Shown: positions 1 to 10,660, numbered from the stretch's first letter. The stretch: 32,000 nt of DNA from Erysipelotrichaceae bacterium (GCA_030604855.1 JAUVVC010000003.1:60001-92000); one strand, 5' to 3'. Translations and numbers: made by a program. The notes: generated from the sequence alone by a model not told the origin.

Positions 1-1
1 T

Positions 2-1339
2 GAACAACTCTATGAAGCGATACCCGAAAATGAACGTCCTTCTCGAAGCTATTTCTTGGAATTCTTAAAAAATATCAAAGGGGTTTACACGAGCCAATAT
101 GATGTCTTTAAAAATCGATTCTTCGTCTCGACCCTTCACAATAAAGATTTATTAGCCAAACGAAGATTACTTGTTATGCTCGCAGCGTGAGAGAAAGAGA
201 ATGGACGTCCAGCGAGCTGGTTCGTCGAACCCGGCGGATTGCCCAATAAATACAAAGAACTCATTCTTAGAATGGCGGAGAGACCCGGACCGTATCGAAA
301 CGGAGGAAGCGTGAATCTCGAGGAGAGCTTCATCTGGATGTCCTATTTTGCCGGACAACAAAAAATGGCACTCAAGAAAAGAAACACCCCAAAGCCAAAG
401 CCCGAAATGATTCTGGAGTTGGGCGACGGAATGGTGATAGATTTAAGCGATGATAATGAGGTTATTTCGCTCGATAACGAAAACAAAGTTTATATTGGGA
501 AAAACAGCAAATGGGGAAACCCTTTCGAGAGCGGTGGCATATGGACCGATACCGAATGTAAAGAACTTTACCCCGCTCACTTCTGGAGTAGCAATCTATA
601 CGACGAACTCGATGAGCTCATCAATAAGAGACTTTACGTCCACACAGGCGAGGATGAGTTCCACGGCCAATTCCTACGTGACATGATTAAAGAGAAGGCG
701 GCGGGGAACAAGCCCGGACCGACCATTCCCCCGATACATCTCTACAACCTTCACCGAAGAAAGATATACCTTGAAATCGTTAAAGATAAAGAGAACCCTA
801 AAAAAATAGGGAAGCTAGTCTTCCATATGTTCGATGTTGAGGATGACCTGACTTTTGAGAAAGTCATTGCTTGTCTAAAGACCATTTTCGAATTTATGAC
901 CTACCATGAGATTTTAAGACCGTTCTCAATCAACATCTACACCTGAAATGAGAAGAAGCGGGACCTTTACAAAGAACGTTTCCGGATTTCTCTTAAAGCG
1001 ATACTTCGAAAGAAATTCCATACGGCCGGACTCAATGTCGATGCCACATTCCGAAGATACTTGAAAGACATCTACGACGAGGCCTTTAAAGGCTATAATT
1101 TCATTGATTTAAATATCGACAGATTCTTATACGAGAAGGGGAAAGAATATTGAACGAAGGGGAACAACCTAAACCTACTGGAATATGCTGGTGAAGACTG
1201 GCGAGACCACGTAAAAAAGGACCCAAACAAGGCGAAATTCGAGGATTTAAGCAATCAGGCGAGTATTAACCTGTCCCAGTCCGAAAACGAGGCAAAAAAC
1301 GCCTTAAATGAGGATGACGAATATTTCGATTTAGGGTAA
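2..1339 (+). CDS. Hypothetical protein, 5'-partial (445+ aa), DUF4326-like central motif; needs TGA=sense at 188, 944, 1151
   Basis: Frame 2 is open from the window edge to TAA 1337-1339 with no TAA/TAG. Track ORF 239-946 is only its middle piece. The motif VYIGKNSKWGNPF resembles the DUF4326 signature. A hairpin terminator follows. Confidence 0.7.
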
Positions 1340-1378
1340 AATAGAAGAGACTTCCCCCCGAAGTTATAAGTAGTTGAG

Positions 1379-1406
1379 AAGCGCAATAATAGGCGCTTTT
1401 CTTTTT
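1379..1406 (+). terminator. Intrinsic terminator after the 2-1339 gene
   Basis: AGCGC-aataatag-GCGCT hairpin followed by a T-run. Confidence 0.6.
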
Positions 1407-1411
1407 GCCAT

Positions 1412-1436
1412 AAAAAAAGCCGATATTATTCGGCTT
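1412..1436 (-). terminator. Intrinsic terminator for the minus-strand LRR operon
   Basis: AGCCG-aataatat-CGGCT hairpin followed by TTTTTTT when read on the minus strand. Confidence 0.6.
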
Positions 1437-1440
1437 AATT

Positions 1441-1548
1441 TTATCGAGTGAAAATGTAGATGAGTGAAATGATGAAGAGTGCTGCATTGATGATACGACT
1501 GAATTTCTTGTCGATTCTTCGGAAGTTTTCGAGTTCTTCTTTATTCAT
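1441..1548 (-). CDS. Possible 35-aa tail-anchored membrane peptide (MNKEELENFRRIDKKFSRIINAALFIISLIYIFTR)
   Basis: The ATG overlaps the LRR gene stop (ATGAATAA). The ORF ends at TAA just before the minus-strand terminator and has a hydrophobic C-terminus. There is no homology evidence. Confidence 0.3.
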   Translation of the reverse strand: MNKEELENFRRIDKKFSRIINAALFIISLIYIFTR

Positions 1549-2716
1549 AGAAGGCATCCGCGTTAACACCGAAGGCAGCGGCAGCAGCTTGGTATGCTGA
1601 TAGCTGGCCGGCTGGAACGGAAATTGTGTTCGTTGTTAGATTGTTGTTTTCTTGGAAGATATTCGCTCCGAATAGTGCTGGCAATTCGCCATTGAATGCA
1701 ACAGAGGTTAATTGGTTGTGTGCGAACGCACCTTCCCCAACTTCTATTACGCTGCTTGGAATAATGATTGATGTTAATTGATTTCCGGTGAATGCGTGAT
1801 ATCCAATTCACACTACACTGCCCGGAATTTCGACCGAAGTAAGTTCGTTGTTTTGAAAGGCACCACCACTAATCATTATAATCCCATCCGGAATGGACAC
1901 CGAGGTCAATTTGTTATTGGCAAAAGCATTGACACCAATATCTACAACGCTGTCGGGGATTACCACCGAAGTCAATTGGTTATCGGCGAATGCACTACCA
2001 CCAATCGTTGTGACGCTGTCCGGAATAACGACAGATGTTAATTGGTTATATGTGAATGCTGCTCCTTGAATCGTTATTAAGCTACTTGGAATTTCGATAG
2101 AAGTTAAACTGTTAATGCTGAATGCGAATTCCCCAATATTTATAACACTGTTCGGAATATTCACAGAATTTAAGTTGTTGAGGTTGAAGGCACCTTCTTC
2201 AATCGTCGTGACACTATCCGGAATTACAACCGAGGTCAGTTGATTATTAGTGAGGGACCATGCGCCAATCGAGGTGATGCTATTAGGAATAACAACTGAT
2301 GTCAATTCTTTCTCAGCTAATGAATATTCCAATAATCCTACGACTGGTAGTCCGTCATCTCGTTTTGAGGGGATAATTAAATTTCTATCCGTTCCTGTAT
2401 ACCTTATAATTTCTCATCCATTTGATTCGTTATTTCATGCGAATGTAAATTCACTTTCCAAGTTAATGTCCGCTGGATTCACATTGAGAGATGTATCGTA
2501 ACCATAAGTGTCGTATACACCACTTGCCGTAGCTGTATTATTCCCGAAAAGGTTTAGACTTTCTAATTTGCCCATTCCGGATGTCATCAGTTGACTTCCT
2601 GTCGTTCCGAAACTAATCATCAGTAAGAATCCCGAAGCGAGAATGAACCCGCCGGTAATCACCGTTTCAATCGATACATAACCCTTTTCTCAATTCCTAA
2701 ATCAATTCTTTTTCAT
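1541..2716 (-). CDS. Membrane-anchored BspA-type leucine-rich-repeat surface protein, 391 aa in code 4 (5 sense TGA at 2702, 2690, 2435, 2414, 1808)
   Basis: RBS GGAGA precedes ATG 2716. The N-terminus reads MKKNWFRNWEKGYVSIETVITGGFILASGFLLMI (TM helix). About 22-aa repeats (NQLTSVVIPDSVTTIGxxAF) continue in phase across the TGA at 1808-1810. The gene ends at TAA 1541-1543. Track ORFs 2435-2662 and 1808-2332 are fragments of this gene. Confidence 0.85.
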
Positions 2717-2910
2717 AGTCTGTCTCCATCGCTCTTAAGCGTTCTAACATATACATTTTATGCAGTTATCGCTGTATTATTCCATTTAAAAAATATACCT
2801 TGCATTAAGAAATGCTAAATCAAGGTTTGTATTATTTTTTCATATTTAGATATTAAACTACGAATACGTCCATATAATATGGCAGATATAACCTATCAGA
2901 GGAGCGTTCT

Positions 2911-3240
2911 ATGAAAAAAGCAGCTGCAGTTAAAGTTTTACAAATCCGTCTTGAAGAGTATAAATTCAAGCGGTTGGAAGAAGAAGCCAAGAAATCTGGT
3001 GTTTCCATGAGTGAATATGCTCGTGAGATTATCTTTGGCGATGAAGAACCGTTCGATGCGCGGGAGCTCAATAAAAAATATCAAGAAACTATTGAGGGTG
3101 AGTGCTTAAAATATCTAAAAAATAGCATCGAAACTATGAGCCTCGCGGAGTTTATCAGTTTGAAGGCTTTCTTAAAGCGTCGAAAGAAAGAAATGAAAGG
3201 CGATGAGTTCATGCAACTGCCGTTTAATCTCGAGGAATAA
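2911..3240 (+). CDS. Ribbon-helix-helix protein, MobC/CopG-like (109 aa)
   Basis: RBS AGAGGAG. The N-terminal sequence VKVLQIRLEEYKFKRLEEEAKKSGVSMSEYAREII is a typical RHH motif (beta strand plus two helices). Stop codon is TAA. Confidence 0.6.
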   Translation: MKKAAAVKVLQIRLEEYKFKRLEEEAKKSGVSMSEYAREIIFGDEEPFDARELNKKYQETIEGECLKYLKNSIETMSLAEFISLKAFLKRRKKEMKGDEFMQLPFNLEE

Positions 3241-3242
3241 CC

Positions 3243-5765
3243 ATGAAAGCGAAACTGAAATGACTCGGGGTATTTACAACAATTATCTTTTTATTATCGA
3301 TGAACTTTGCACCCGTCTACGCGGGAGGGAAAAATCAATATTTTTTATCATTTCTCTATAGCACCGATTCTCGAACATTCGGTTCGATTGTCGTTCCAAC
3401 TGTTGGACGAGATAACATGGAGGATAAGTATTCCTTTCTAGATTCAACCGATGCATTACTCTTTCTTTCCATTGATGGTTCGGGAGCCATTAGCGTTCCT
3501 GGCGAGATGAAAGCCGGGACATATCTCGAAAAACACCCATATACATTTCCTGAATTCTACGATGTTGACGGCACCCAAGCGGATTACGCGATGGGATTGA
3601 ATACAGGAAACGCCCTTACGAAATCATTGAATAATGCGATTTCATTCGTATTAAAGCCCGTGACCGCGGCTGGCCGTAAAGAGCTTGGCGTTGAGTTGCC
3701 GGCAACCGTATTTGGGTTAGCAACCGCGATTTCGAACTCGGGGTATGATGTTTTATATAATAATATAAATGTATTTAAATCGTATACCTATGGCGGCAAG
3801 CTCAAATGAGAAATAAAGCAAGCGTCCGTAGAGGACATGAAGACGGTTAAGAACGTGCTTCAAGGCTCGACTCATAAAGACTATGTCGTGATTAAAAACC
3901 ATAAAGGTGACACTGTAACGCTTCCTTACGCGGTTCCGAAAGGTTATGCGGAAGGACAGGAACTTTACGCCCAGCAGAGCACACAGGTTCCCTTAAGCAC
4001 GATTACCCAGAAGTTATCATGGGGACACGTTGTCTATTTATCTTCAGAACAACTCAAAAACGGAGTCACCGTTCAAAATAACAGCCAAATGAAACAGCAA
4101 GACTTTATCAGTAAAGCGGTTGGTGAATTCCTGAATAATTTCATCAGTGGCATCGCGAGTGCATTAGGACTTTACGATGTTGAAGAATTGATGTTCAACG
4201 CTGGAAACCGTGGCGCAACCCATTACTTTGGAATTATGCCACTCAGCTGGTTGAATCCAGTTAATATCCTGAATTTAATTGCAACCGTTATTTCGATGGT
4301 TGTTATCGGGATTTCAATTATCCGCATGTTGATTAAACGAAACATGGCAGCCATTAGCCCGAGCATTAAAGTTGAGTTGATGGATGGTGTAAAAGACCTA
4401 TTCATCGTTGCGACTGGCATCATGTTGTTTATGCCGGCATTATTTATTTTATTGAACTTTAACAACGTCATTGTTGCCGCGATGCGAGACATGGCACCGA
4501 GTGGAGTGACCTTAGGGTTAACATCCGGTGGGGATTTCATTGGAATCGTAGCCGCAGTCATGAATTTCGCGTATTTCTTCATTATCGTCATGCTGAACAT
4601 TACTTATATCACCCGTGCGGTGACCCTGGCCATTCTCATTGGGTTCGCACCATTCTTTATTAGCATGTTTGCTGCTGGACCGGCAGCCAAGAAGATTTCA
4701 GGCACATGGATGAAGGAATTGGTTTCGAATATCTTCATGCAGACGTTCAATGCAGCATTACTTTTAGTCTTCTCGAACATTGGTTCATTCGGAGGCTTGT
4801 CGGTCATTGAAAAGTTCGCATTATTAATCAGTTTCCTTCCATTGACGAAGTTCTTTAAAACATCATTGATGAATCTCGGAAGTGGTTCTGATGCCGCCGC
4901 CGATAAAACCGCTGGTGCATTCTCATCGTTTGCAACTGGTTTAGTGGCCGGCGGACTACACGCTGGCTTCGATGGGAAATCCGAAAAGAAAGGGAAAATC
5001 GTTCCTGCTGGTGGCGAAACGAATGTTAGTGCACCGACCGCTGACGGCACCGTTCCAAGTGCCAATGTGTCCGCTGAAGGAAATAATACAAAAGATTCCT
5101 TCCGTGGAAGTCTCTCTAAGACCTTTAAGAACGCGACTGCTAAAGGAGAAGGAAAACGTCTTCTCGGGAAGACAGCCGGAATGATGGCCGGTGCTGGATT
5201 ATCCTTGGGTTCAGCCGCAACCGGTGGAAGCCCATTACTTGGTAACTCAGCCTTATTTTCAGGCGCACAGTCGATTGTCAACCAAGCAGAAGGATGGCTA
5301 ATGCATGATGATGCGCCGAGTGGACCTGCAGTTGATAGCATGACCGGCGCCGACATGAAAGACATGGGGGTTTCCGGATTCGATAACGAGAATATCGTTC
5401 TAAACCCTACGGTTCGTGGAAACATCAATGAAAGCCCAGAATCGAGAAGTGAATTCGTTGAAAGCATCAATCAATACAACGAAAAGCCTGAAAATATGAA
5501 CAAACCGGTTGAAATTCTCTATAAAGACAATGGAAAAGACGTCTATGGCGTGAAAATTCCAGGCGTCAAAGGAAAGACCGTAACCCGAAAAGACCCAAGC
5601 ACAGGTCGAGCAATTGCGAGTGAAAGTAAATTCACTGGCGGTGCAAATCTTCAGAATTTCAAGCCTGTTTTAAGTAAATACACTAAGGAGAAAGAAAAAG
5701 AGCCAGCTAAACCAGTTGACTTAAGTAAATTTGGAAGTATCGACCAAGATACATCCGGAACCTAA
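3243..5765 (+). CDS. Large envelope protein, 840 aa in code 4: signal peptide, ectodomain, polytopic TM core resembling VirB6/TrbL-type T4SS proteins, G/A/S-rich and K-rich tail
   Basis: The start ATG AAA GCG AAA CTG AAA TGA CTC encodes MKAKLKWLGVFTTIIFLLSMNFAPVYA, a signal peptide. The TGA at 3807 joins track ORFs 3300-3809 and 3837-5765 in the same frame with no TAA/TAG between them. There are at least 6 hydrophobic helices between about 4230 and 4870. Confidence 0.75.
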
Positions 5766-5783
5766 TCCGGAGGGGAGAATCTT

Positions 5784-7715
5784 ATGAAATGAGTTTTTAG
5801 AACATTAGCACTGATAGCGTTGATAATGGTGTCGACGCTATCGGCTACCGAAGACGTTCACGCCGCCGAAAAGAGTCTGAATACCAGTATGGTCATTCAG
5901 TTCTCAACCGAAATCCAATACAGTGCGAATCTAAAGGACTTTAAGATTGCACTTTCATATTTAATGTATCCTTCTGCTAACCCCGGAAATCAGCTTAGAG
6001 AAACCGTTTTACTCGATAATGGGACATCCATTTCGCGTAAATCCAATACCTTAAGCGTCTATGTTCCAGGAGCCGATGGCATCGAATATACGGGGAATTT
6101 CTCGTTCGACTATTCGTATAATAGCGCGACAGGAAGTTTATCTGTGAATGGTTCGTCTGTTCCACTGAACAGCAGCACATACATCAATGCGAATGCTTAC
6201 CCTGAAGCCTACGTGAATGCCGCCGTAGTTGGTGTGGGAATGAATCCACAACCGTTCAATTTGGTAAAAGCTTTTACCGGCATGTCTGACAGCCAAATCA
6301 CTGCATTCAATGCGAGAGCCAATGGCGAAATTACGGATAATTTAGTGTTGGCATCCAGCATCTATGGAACCAATATCCAGACGAATACGAAATTGACAAT
6401 GTTCGTTAACGTATGGAAGCGTAGACCCGATGGGACTTATGATAAATCCCAAGCAGCAACTCGTGTTCAGGTTATCTACACCGCAGCCGACTTAATGAAT
6501 GGGAAAGCCCAATCCGCGAGCTGGACTGGCCAGCAGTATTTCAGACAGCTCGTAGGAGCGAGAACGGCAAGTCATTATTCCAAAACGAAGACTGATGTAA
6601 TCTCAACGGGTAAGTTTAGATATGAATATCAGGTTCAGGACTATATTCGAACTGATTATTCGTGGGGGTTCAACGGAAGCATAGGTTCAGTGAGCGGAAT
6701 CACGAATGGAGTCTGCTATCCGAGTGCAACCAAGAAGTGCTTTACGACTTTTTATAAATACACAAGATACCAAATCAAATGTTCGAACTGGTGAAGAACA
6801 TCCTTCTCTTATGGATGGAGCGCATCGAGTTCTGTTGGTGATTCGTGGTGTAAATCGAATACGAGCCAACCCTATTATCGTTCTGTAAACTCATCAGAAA
6901 CGACTGATTGAACAACGATGAGTTCGTTCAACGGAAGAAGCAGAACGGCAACTGGACATACTTATCAGACGCGTATTGGAACGATGGTTTGGGGTGCGCC
7001 TTACTGGCAATTCTTCGCGCCGAGTGCGGAGCAAAGACATTTATCAACAAATAAAGTTGAATTAAAAGATGTGATTTACACACCTTATTATCGAATTGAA
7101 GAAAACAGCGTATCAGTTGACCCTGTTGATAAAATCACCGAAGGGGAAGTAAATAGTCGTGTGAATACGTATGCGGCCGGAGCGGTGGATGTTTTAGTGC
7201 TTAGAAAGAACGGACACAATCCAGAATTGCCTGTTTCTACCTATAATTCATATGCTTCTGCTGTTAGAGTTGAAGCTACGAATTTGGCAAATTCAAGCTT
7301 CAGAGAAGGCCATTATTGAGGTTTGTATCTGTATCTGACCGGACACTGGAGAGCTGTTGAGGTTCCAGTTGGTTGGTTTAGCTTATCCGCAAACACGAGC
7401 AGTGGCACGATTCTTTCTGGATACTACGATGATACGATTATTACGCCGCCATTACCGGACCCAGATACCGAAACTGAAATTGCACTCGTTGATTTCACTT
7501 ACGTTGAAAGCGTGTTTAAGCAATTAAAGGCACAGTATCCAAGCTATACGCTCAATGCAGTTCAAGATAAACTCATTGAAGCTCTAAGAGCCGATGGGAA
7601 CAACGCCGCGAAGAAAACTGTCGCTCTTCACGATAGTTATATCGAAGAGGGAATGACGAAATCCAATGTATTCATTACGATTAGCAGCGATTTAAATATC
7701 AATTTAAAGGACTAA
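5784..7715 (+). CDS. Secreted protein of unknown function, 643 aa in code 4 (sense TGA at 5790, 6792, 6909, 7317)
   Basis: RBS GGAGGGGAG lies 6 nt before ATG 5784. The N-terminus MKWVFRTLALIALIMVSTLSATEDVHA is a signal peptide. Track ORFs 5820-6794, 6918-7319 and 7323-7715 share one frame, and I checked the gaps codon by codon for TAA/TAG. Stop codon is TAA at 7713. Confidence 0.8.
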
Positions 7716-7807
7716 TGCAAGGTTTTGCCATAGTTTTTTATAAAATGACTATATTACTTTATTGAACAATATAATTATATTATAATATAAATATATTAAA
7801 AAAACAC

Positions 7808-9118
7808 ATGGAGATGGAAATGAACATCAAGAAAATCCTTACAATCCTTACACTCATTGTACTCGCGCTTAGCGCGGGTGCTTTGGTGTATTTCAACACT
7901 AAGACGGATGTCGTCCTAAATGGCGACCCGGTACTCACCAACACTACCAACAATGAAATTAAAGAACCTGTCAAGGTGAATAACGGCAAGAAGCTTTCTT
8001 GCTACGATTTTATTAACACCTTACTTGAGAAGGATGGGTTCACGCATCTTGAAGGAACAAAGTGGAGCAGAGGGGAAAACAATTTTTTCATCTTTGATTT
8101 GGAGAAGGAAGAATTCCAAATTGCCGACGCTTACCATACCGATGTTCTTCCGAGCGAATGGTATAAAAATGAATATGAAAAATATGTGAGCTTCATTTAT
8201 CGAAACGAAACACGAGTATTGGACTTTATGAGTTTTGATGGAGCATCTGTTTACGTTGCCTTTTCTATGGATAATAAAGAACTTAACGATACTGAAAATG
8301 GTTTCTATGACTTCCCGATTTGGATGGACTACTATTTGACTCAATTCGAAACTTATGGTTGTTCTTATAATCCTGAATTTAAGACTCAACTTTCAACAGC
8401 AACTGTAGAGGATGTTATTTCTGTTTTTGATGTGAAATCAACCGATGGCGTCATACGGTATTTTAACGACGTCCATGTCGAAGGGGATGTAAAAGACCAC
8501 CCGCGCTATATCGAGGTCCAGAGCTTTGAAGAGTTTCACAAGGTAAAGGATGAGTATGGGTTTGAAATTATGTACATGTTCAATATTATCAGCAGCAACA
8601 AAGGCAAAGTCTTTGAAACTGAATCAGACCACCTTCAGGCTAGTATCATTGAGGAATTCGTAAAGGATGTTGTATACCCTAATATTCCGGAACGAAACGA
8701 TGCTAAACAAGTCGAAACGCTTGGTATATATTTCATCGATATTGATAACCCAAATGGCAATTTTAAAAGCCTGTACAAAGCGCCAACAAAAGGAGTTCCT
8801 TTCTATTATGAGCCAGAACTTGTCGGTAAAGATTTAAGAAAACTAAGCACCCCTTACGAAGGAACCGTTATAGGTGCCAATAAGAATACCTCGACAACCT
8901 ATGATTACACCCCGTTTAGTGTCTCTGACATCCAGAATGTCTTGGATGATTACATCAGACGAATCAATGCTGTCAATGCTTCGGTTTCCTTCTCAGACGA
9001 CTTCATCCGTAACTACACCCGCCCATTTGCGTACGAATGGCAGAAGCAGATGGGGTTGACTGAACTGTTCAATAAAAAGTATGGTTTTATTGACCACAGC
9101 ATTGTATACTTGAATTAA
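7808..9118 (+). CDS. N-terminally membrane-anchored protein of unknown function (436 aa; 432 aa if ATG 7820 is used)
   Basis: Long intact ORF with an AT-rich promoter region upstream. GGAG lies 6 nt before ATG 7820. TM helix ILTILTLIVLALSAGALV. All 4 Trp codons are TGG and there is no TGA. Confidence 0.75.
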   Translation: MEMEMNIKKILTILTLIVLALSAGALVYFNTKTDVVLNGDPVLTNTTNNEIKEPVKVNNGKKLSCYDFINTLLEKDGFTHLEGTKWSRGENNFFIFDLEKEEFQIADAYHTDVLPSEWYKNEYEKYVSFIYRNETRVLDFMSFDGASVYVAFSMDNKELNDTENGFYDFPIWMDYYLTQFETYGCSYNPEFKTQLSTATVEDVISVFDVKSTDGVIRYFNDVHVEGDVKDHPRYIEVQSFEEFHKVKDEYGFEIMYMFNIISSNKGKVFETESDHLQASIIEEFVKDVVYPNIPERNDAKQVETLGIYFIDIDNPNGNFKSLYKAPTKGVPFYYEPELVGKDLRKLSTPYEGTVIGANKNTSTTYDYTPFSVSDIQNVLDDYIRRINAVNASVSFSDDFIRNYTRPFAYEWQKQMGLTELFNKKYGFIDHSIVYLN

Positions 9119-9180
9119 TTTCTACAAGAAATCATTGTCTCTGTAAATAAGCAAGTGTTAAAAGAATTTATGCAAAAGTC

Positions 9181-9208
9181 TTGAAATCTAGTATGTTTGT
9201 ACTATAAT
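9181..9208 (+). promoter_or_regulatory. Sigma-70-type promoter of the antitoxin RNA
   Basis: TTGAAA (9181-9186), 16-nt spacer, TATAAT (9203-9208). Confidence 0.6.
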
Positions 9209-9238
9209 GAAGATGTAGTTAAGCATACTTCGCAAGAT

Positions 9239-9342
9239 GATGACGTGTGACGGTTCCGACACGTCGGTAAAATAAAAGTGACCGAGCGAAGATGACGTGT
9301 GACGGTTCCGACACGTCGGTAAAATAAAAGTGACCGAGCGAA
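9239..9342 (+). repeat. 2 x 52-nt perfect tandem direct repeat (GATGACGTGTGACGGTTCCGACACGTCGGTAAAATAAAAGTGACCGAGCGAA), with partial copies at both flanks
   Basis: Copies 9239-9290 and 9291-9342 are identical base for base. Each contains the hairpin GACGTGT...ACACGTC and an A-rich single-stranded tract. Confidence 0.95.
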
Positions 9343-9351
9343 GAAAGTATT

Positions 9352-9378
9352 GGGAAACTCTAAGTTTCCCATTTTTTT
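9352..9378 (+). terminator. Intrinsic terminator between the antitoxin repeats and the toxin gene
   Basis: GGGAAAC-tctaa-GTTTCCC hairpin followed by ATTTTTTT. Confidence 0.8.
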
Positions 9379-9400
9379 AGAAAAAAAGTGGGGGAATATT

Positions 9401-9868
9401 ATGTTTGATTACGAAATTCGAGAACTTACTACTACTTTCTATTTGGCATACCCAAGTTCCAAGTACAGTGAAATTGTGACCAAGAATATTCGACCATATG
9501 ATGTTGCGGTGTTTGACACACCAGAAGACTTCTATATTTGCATTCCTTTCAGAAGCTATATAAGGCATTCTTATTGCTACCATTTTAAGCATTCGATGCG
9601 CAGCCAAGTTAAACAATCTGGGCTAGATTATACAAAAATTGTTATTGTGAAGAATGAGTCTTACATTGGGAAATGTACAGTTGTCGATAATGATGAAGCA
9701 AAAGAGCTCAGAATGAATGCAGTTAATATTCACAAAGATGCACTAAAATATGTTAATGGTTATATAAATCATTTGAAGGGTACAAAAATACTCGCTAGTG
9801 AAGAATTTAATCGTAGGTATAAATATACAACACTGTCTTACTTTCATGCAGAGCTAGGGATAGAATAA
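9401..9868 (+). CDS. Type III toxin candidate (ToxN/AbiQ/CptN-like endoribonuclease), 155 aa
   Basis: RBS GGGGGAA lies 7 nt before ATG 9401. The size and the position directly after the repeat RNA and terminator fit a type III toxin. The family call rests on architecture; sequence identity was not verified. Confidence 0.6.
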   Translation: MFDYEIRELTTTFYLAYPSSKYSEIVTKNIRPYDVAVFDTPEDFYICIPFRSYIRHSYCYHFKHSMRSQVKQSGLDYTKIVIVKNESYIGKCTVVDNDEAKELRMNAVNIHKDALKYVNGYINHLKGTKILASEEFNRRYKYTTLSYFHAELGIE

Positions 9869-9876
9869 TTAACATG

Positions 9877-9900
9877 AACACCTCGAAAAAGGTGTTTTTA
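9877..9900 (+). terminator. Terminator of the AACACC/GGTGTT family
   Basis: AACACC-tcgaaaaa-GGTGTT followed by TTTA. Confidence 0.7.
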
Positions 9901-10160
9901 ATTTTCCGAAAAATAACGGGTAGATTTTTTGTTAGACATTTAGACTTTCTAGTGAAATTTTCTACGATTTTTGAAGGACTTCTCTTGAAAAAAACTAATA
10001 AAAAGCGCAAAAATGCCCTAAAAGTGCTCAAGAAACCCTGTTTTAAGTCAAAATCCCGTCAGGCTCAGAACCCGACGACATTTTAGAAGCCGATATTTTT
10101 GAAGGGGATAATTCATTAATTACTTATATTTCTCTCTTGGAAAATCTATATTGAAAACAG

Positions 10161-10251
10161 GAATATAAAAGGGGAAAAGAACGACGGAAACGATTCAGCC
10201 CCCCGTGTTTCAAGAAAACAATTAGGCCAAAGAGCCCCAGGAGGTTGTTTT
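10161..10251 (+). promoter_or_regulatory. Conserved leader, copy 1 (most diverged)
   Basis: ATAAAAGGGGAAAAGAACGACGGAAACGATTCAGCCCCCC ... GGCCAAAGAGCCCCAGGAGG followed by ATG. Confidence 0.6.
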
Positions 10252-10596
10252 ATGGAAGAGAAGTATTTATTTGATGATGAAGAAGAAGAGATTATAATTC
10301 CATCTAAGGAGCTTATTAAACGGCTGATTGCGGAGTACGGAATCAACAGAAGTGATATAACGTCATTTCTCTATGATGTTTCTAAGGGACAGGTTGACGG
10401 TTTCTGTCACGGAAGTCGTTTTAGAATTTCTTCCGATTACGAATATCTAAAGCGACATGATGTTCTTTCACATCTTTATATTGATAGGGATGACATCGGA
10501 CATTATATCTACACGGAAAAATTCTATGATGACGTCAAGAACATCATTCATTCCTTATTTAGAGAAGCCGAACTGCAATTCATCTCAAATAATTAG
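10252..10596 (+). CDS. Small acidic hypothetical protein (114 aa)
   Basis: ATG lies 7 nt after RBS AGGAGG. Stop is TAG, followed at once by a terminator. No Trp codon. Confidence 0.7.
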   Translation: MEEKYLFDDEEEEIIIPSKELIKRLIAEYGINRSDITSFLYDVSKGQVDGFCHGSRFRISSDYEYLKRHDVLSHLYIDRDDIGHYIYTEKFYDDVKNIIHSLFREAELQFISNN

Positions 10597-10619
10597 AAAC
10601 GCCGTAATGGCGTTTTTTT
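10597..10619 (+). terminator. Intrinsic terminator
   Basis: AAACGCC-gtaat-GGCGTTT followed by TTTT. Confidence 0.75.
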
Positions 10620-10660
10620 ATATTGTTATAATATAGAGAATCGTTGAGTAGAATAATGCA

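Larger units (their letters stand above)
9215..9378 (+). ncRNA. Type III antitoxin-like RNA (ToxI/CptI-like): two tandem 52-nt repeats ending in an intrinsic terminator
   Basis: The order promoter, repeats, terminator, toxin ORF matches the type III TA architecture. No ORF is present. Confidence 0.65.

Noticed and set aside
1563-2041. ORFs 1563-1811 (minus strand) and 1778-2041 (plus strand)
   Set aside because: They are alternative-frame or antisense shadows of the LRR gene, whose repeat structure continues in another frame through this region.
4223-5470. Minus-strand ORFs 4223-4600 and 4604-5470 (125 and 288 aa), plus 4972-5184
   Set aside because: They are antisense or out-of-frame shadows inside the 840-aa membrane protein gene, with low-complexity translations and no RBS.
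9239-9342. The tandem 52-nt repeats as a mini CRISPR array
   Set aside because: The repeats are directly adjacent with no spacers, there are only two copies, and they are flanked by a promoter and a terminator and followed by a toxin-sized ORF. This fits a type III antitoxin RNA.
9874-10086. 70-aa plus-strand ORF after the toxin gene
   Set aside because: It starts inside the terminator hairpin, has no RBS, and encodes a highly basic low-complexity sequence in an AT-rich spacer. It is likely spurious.
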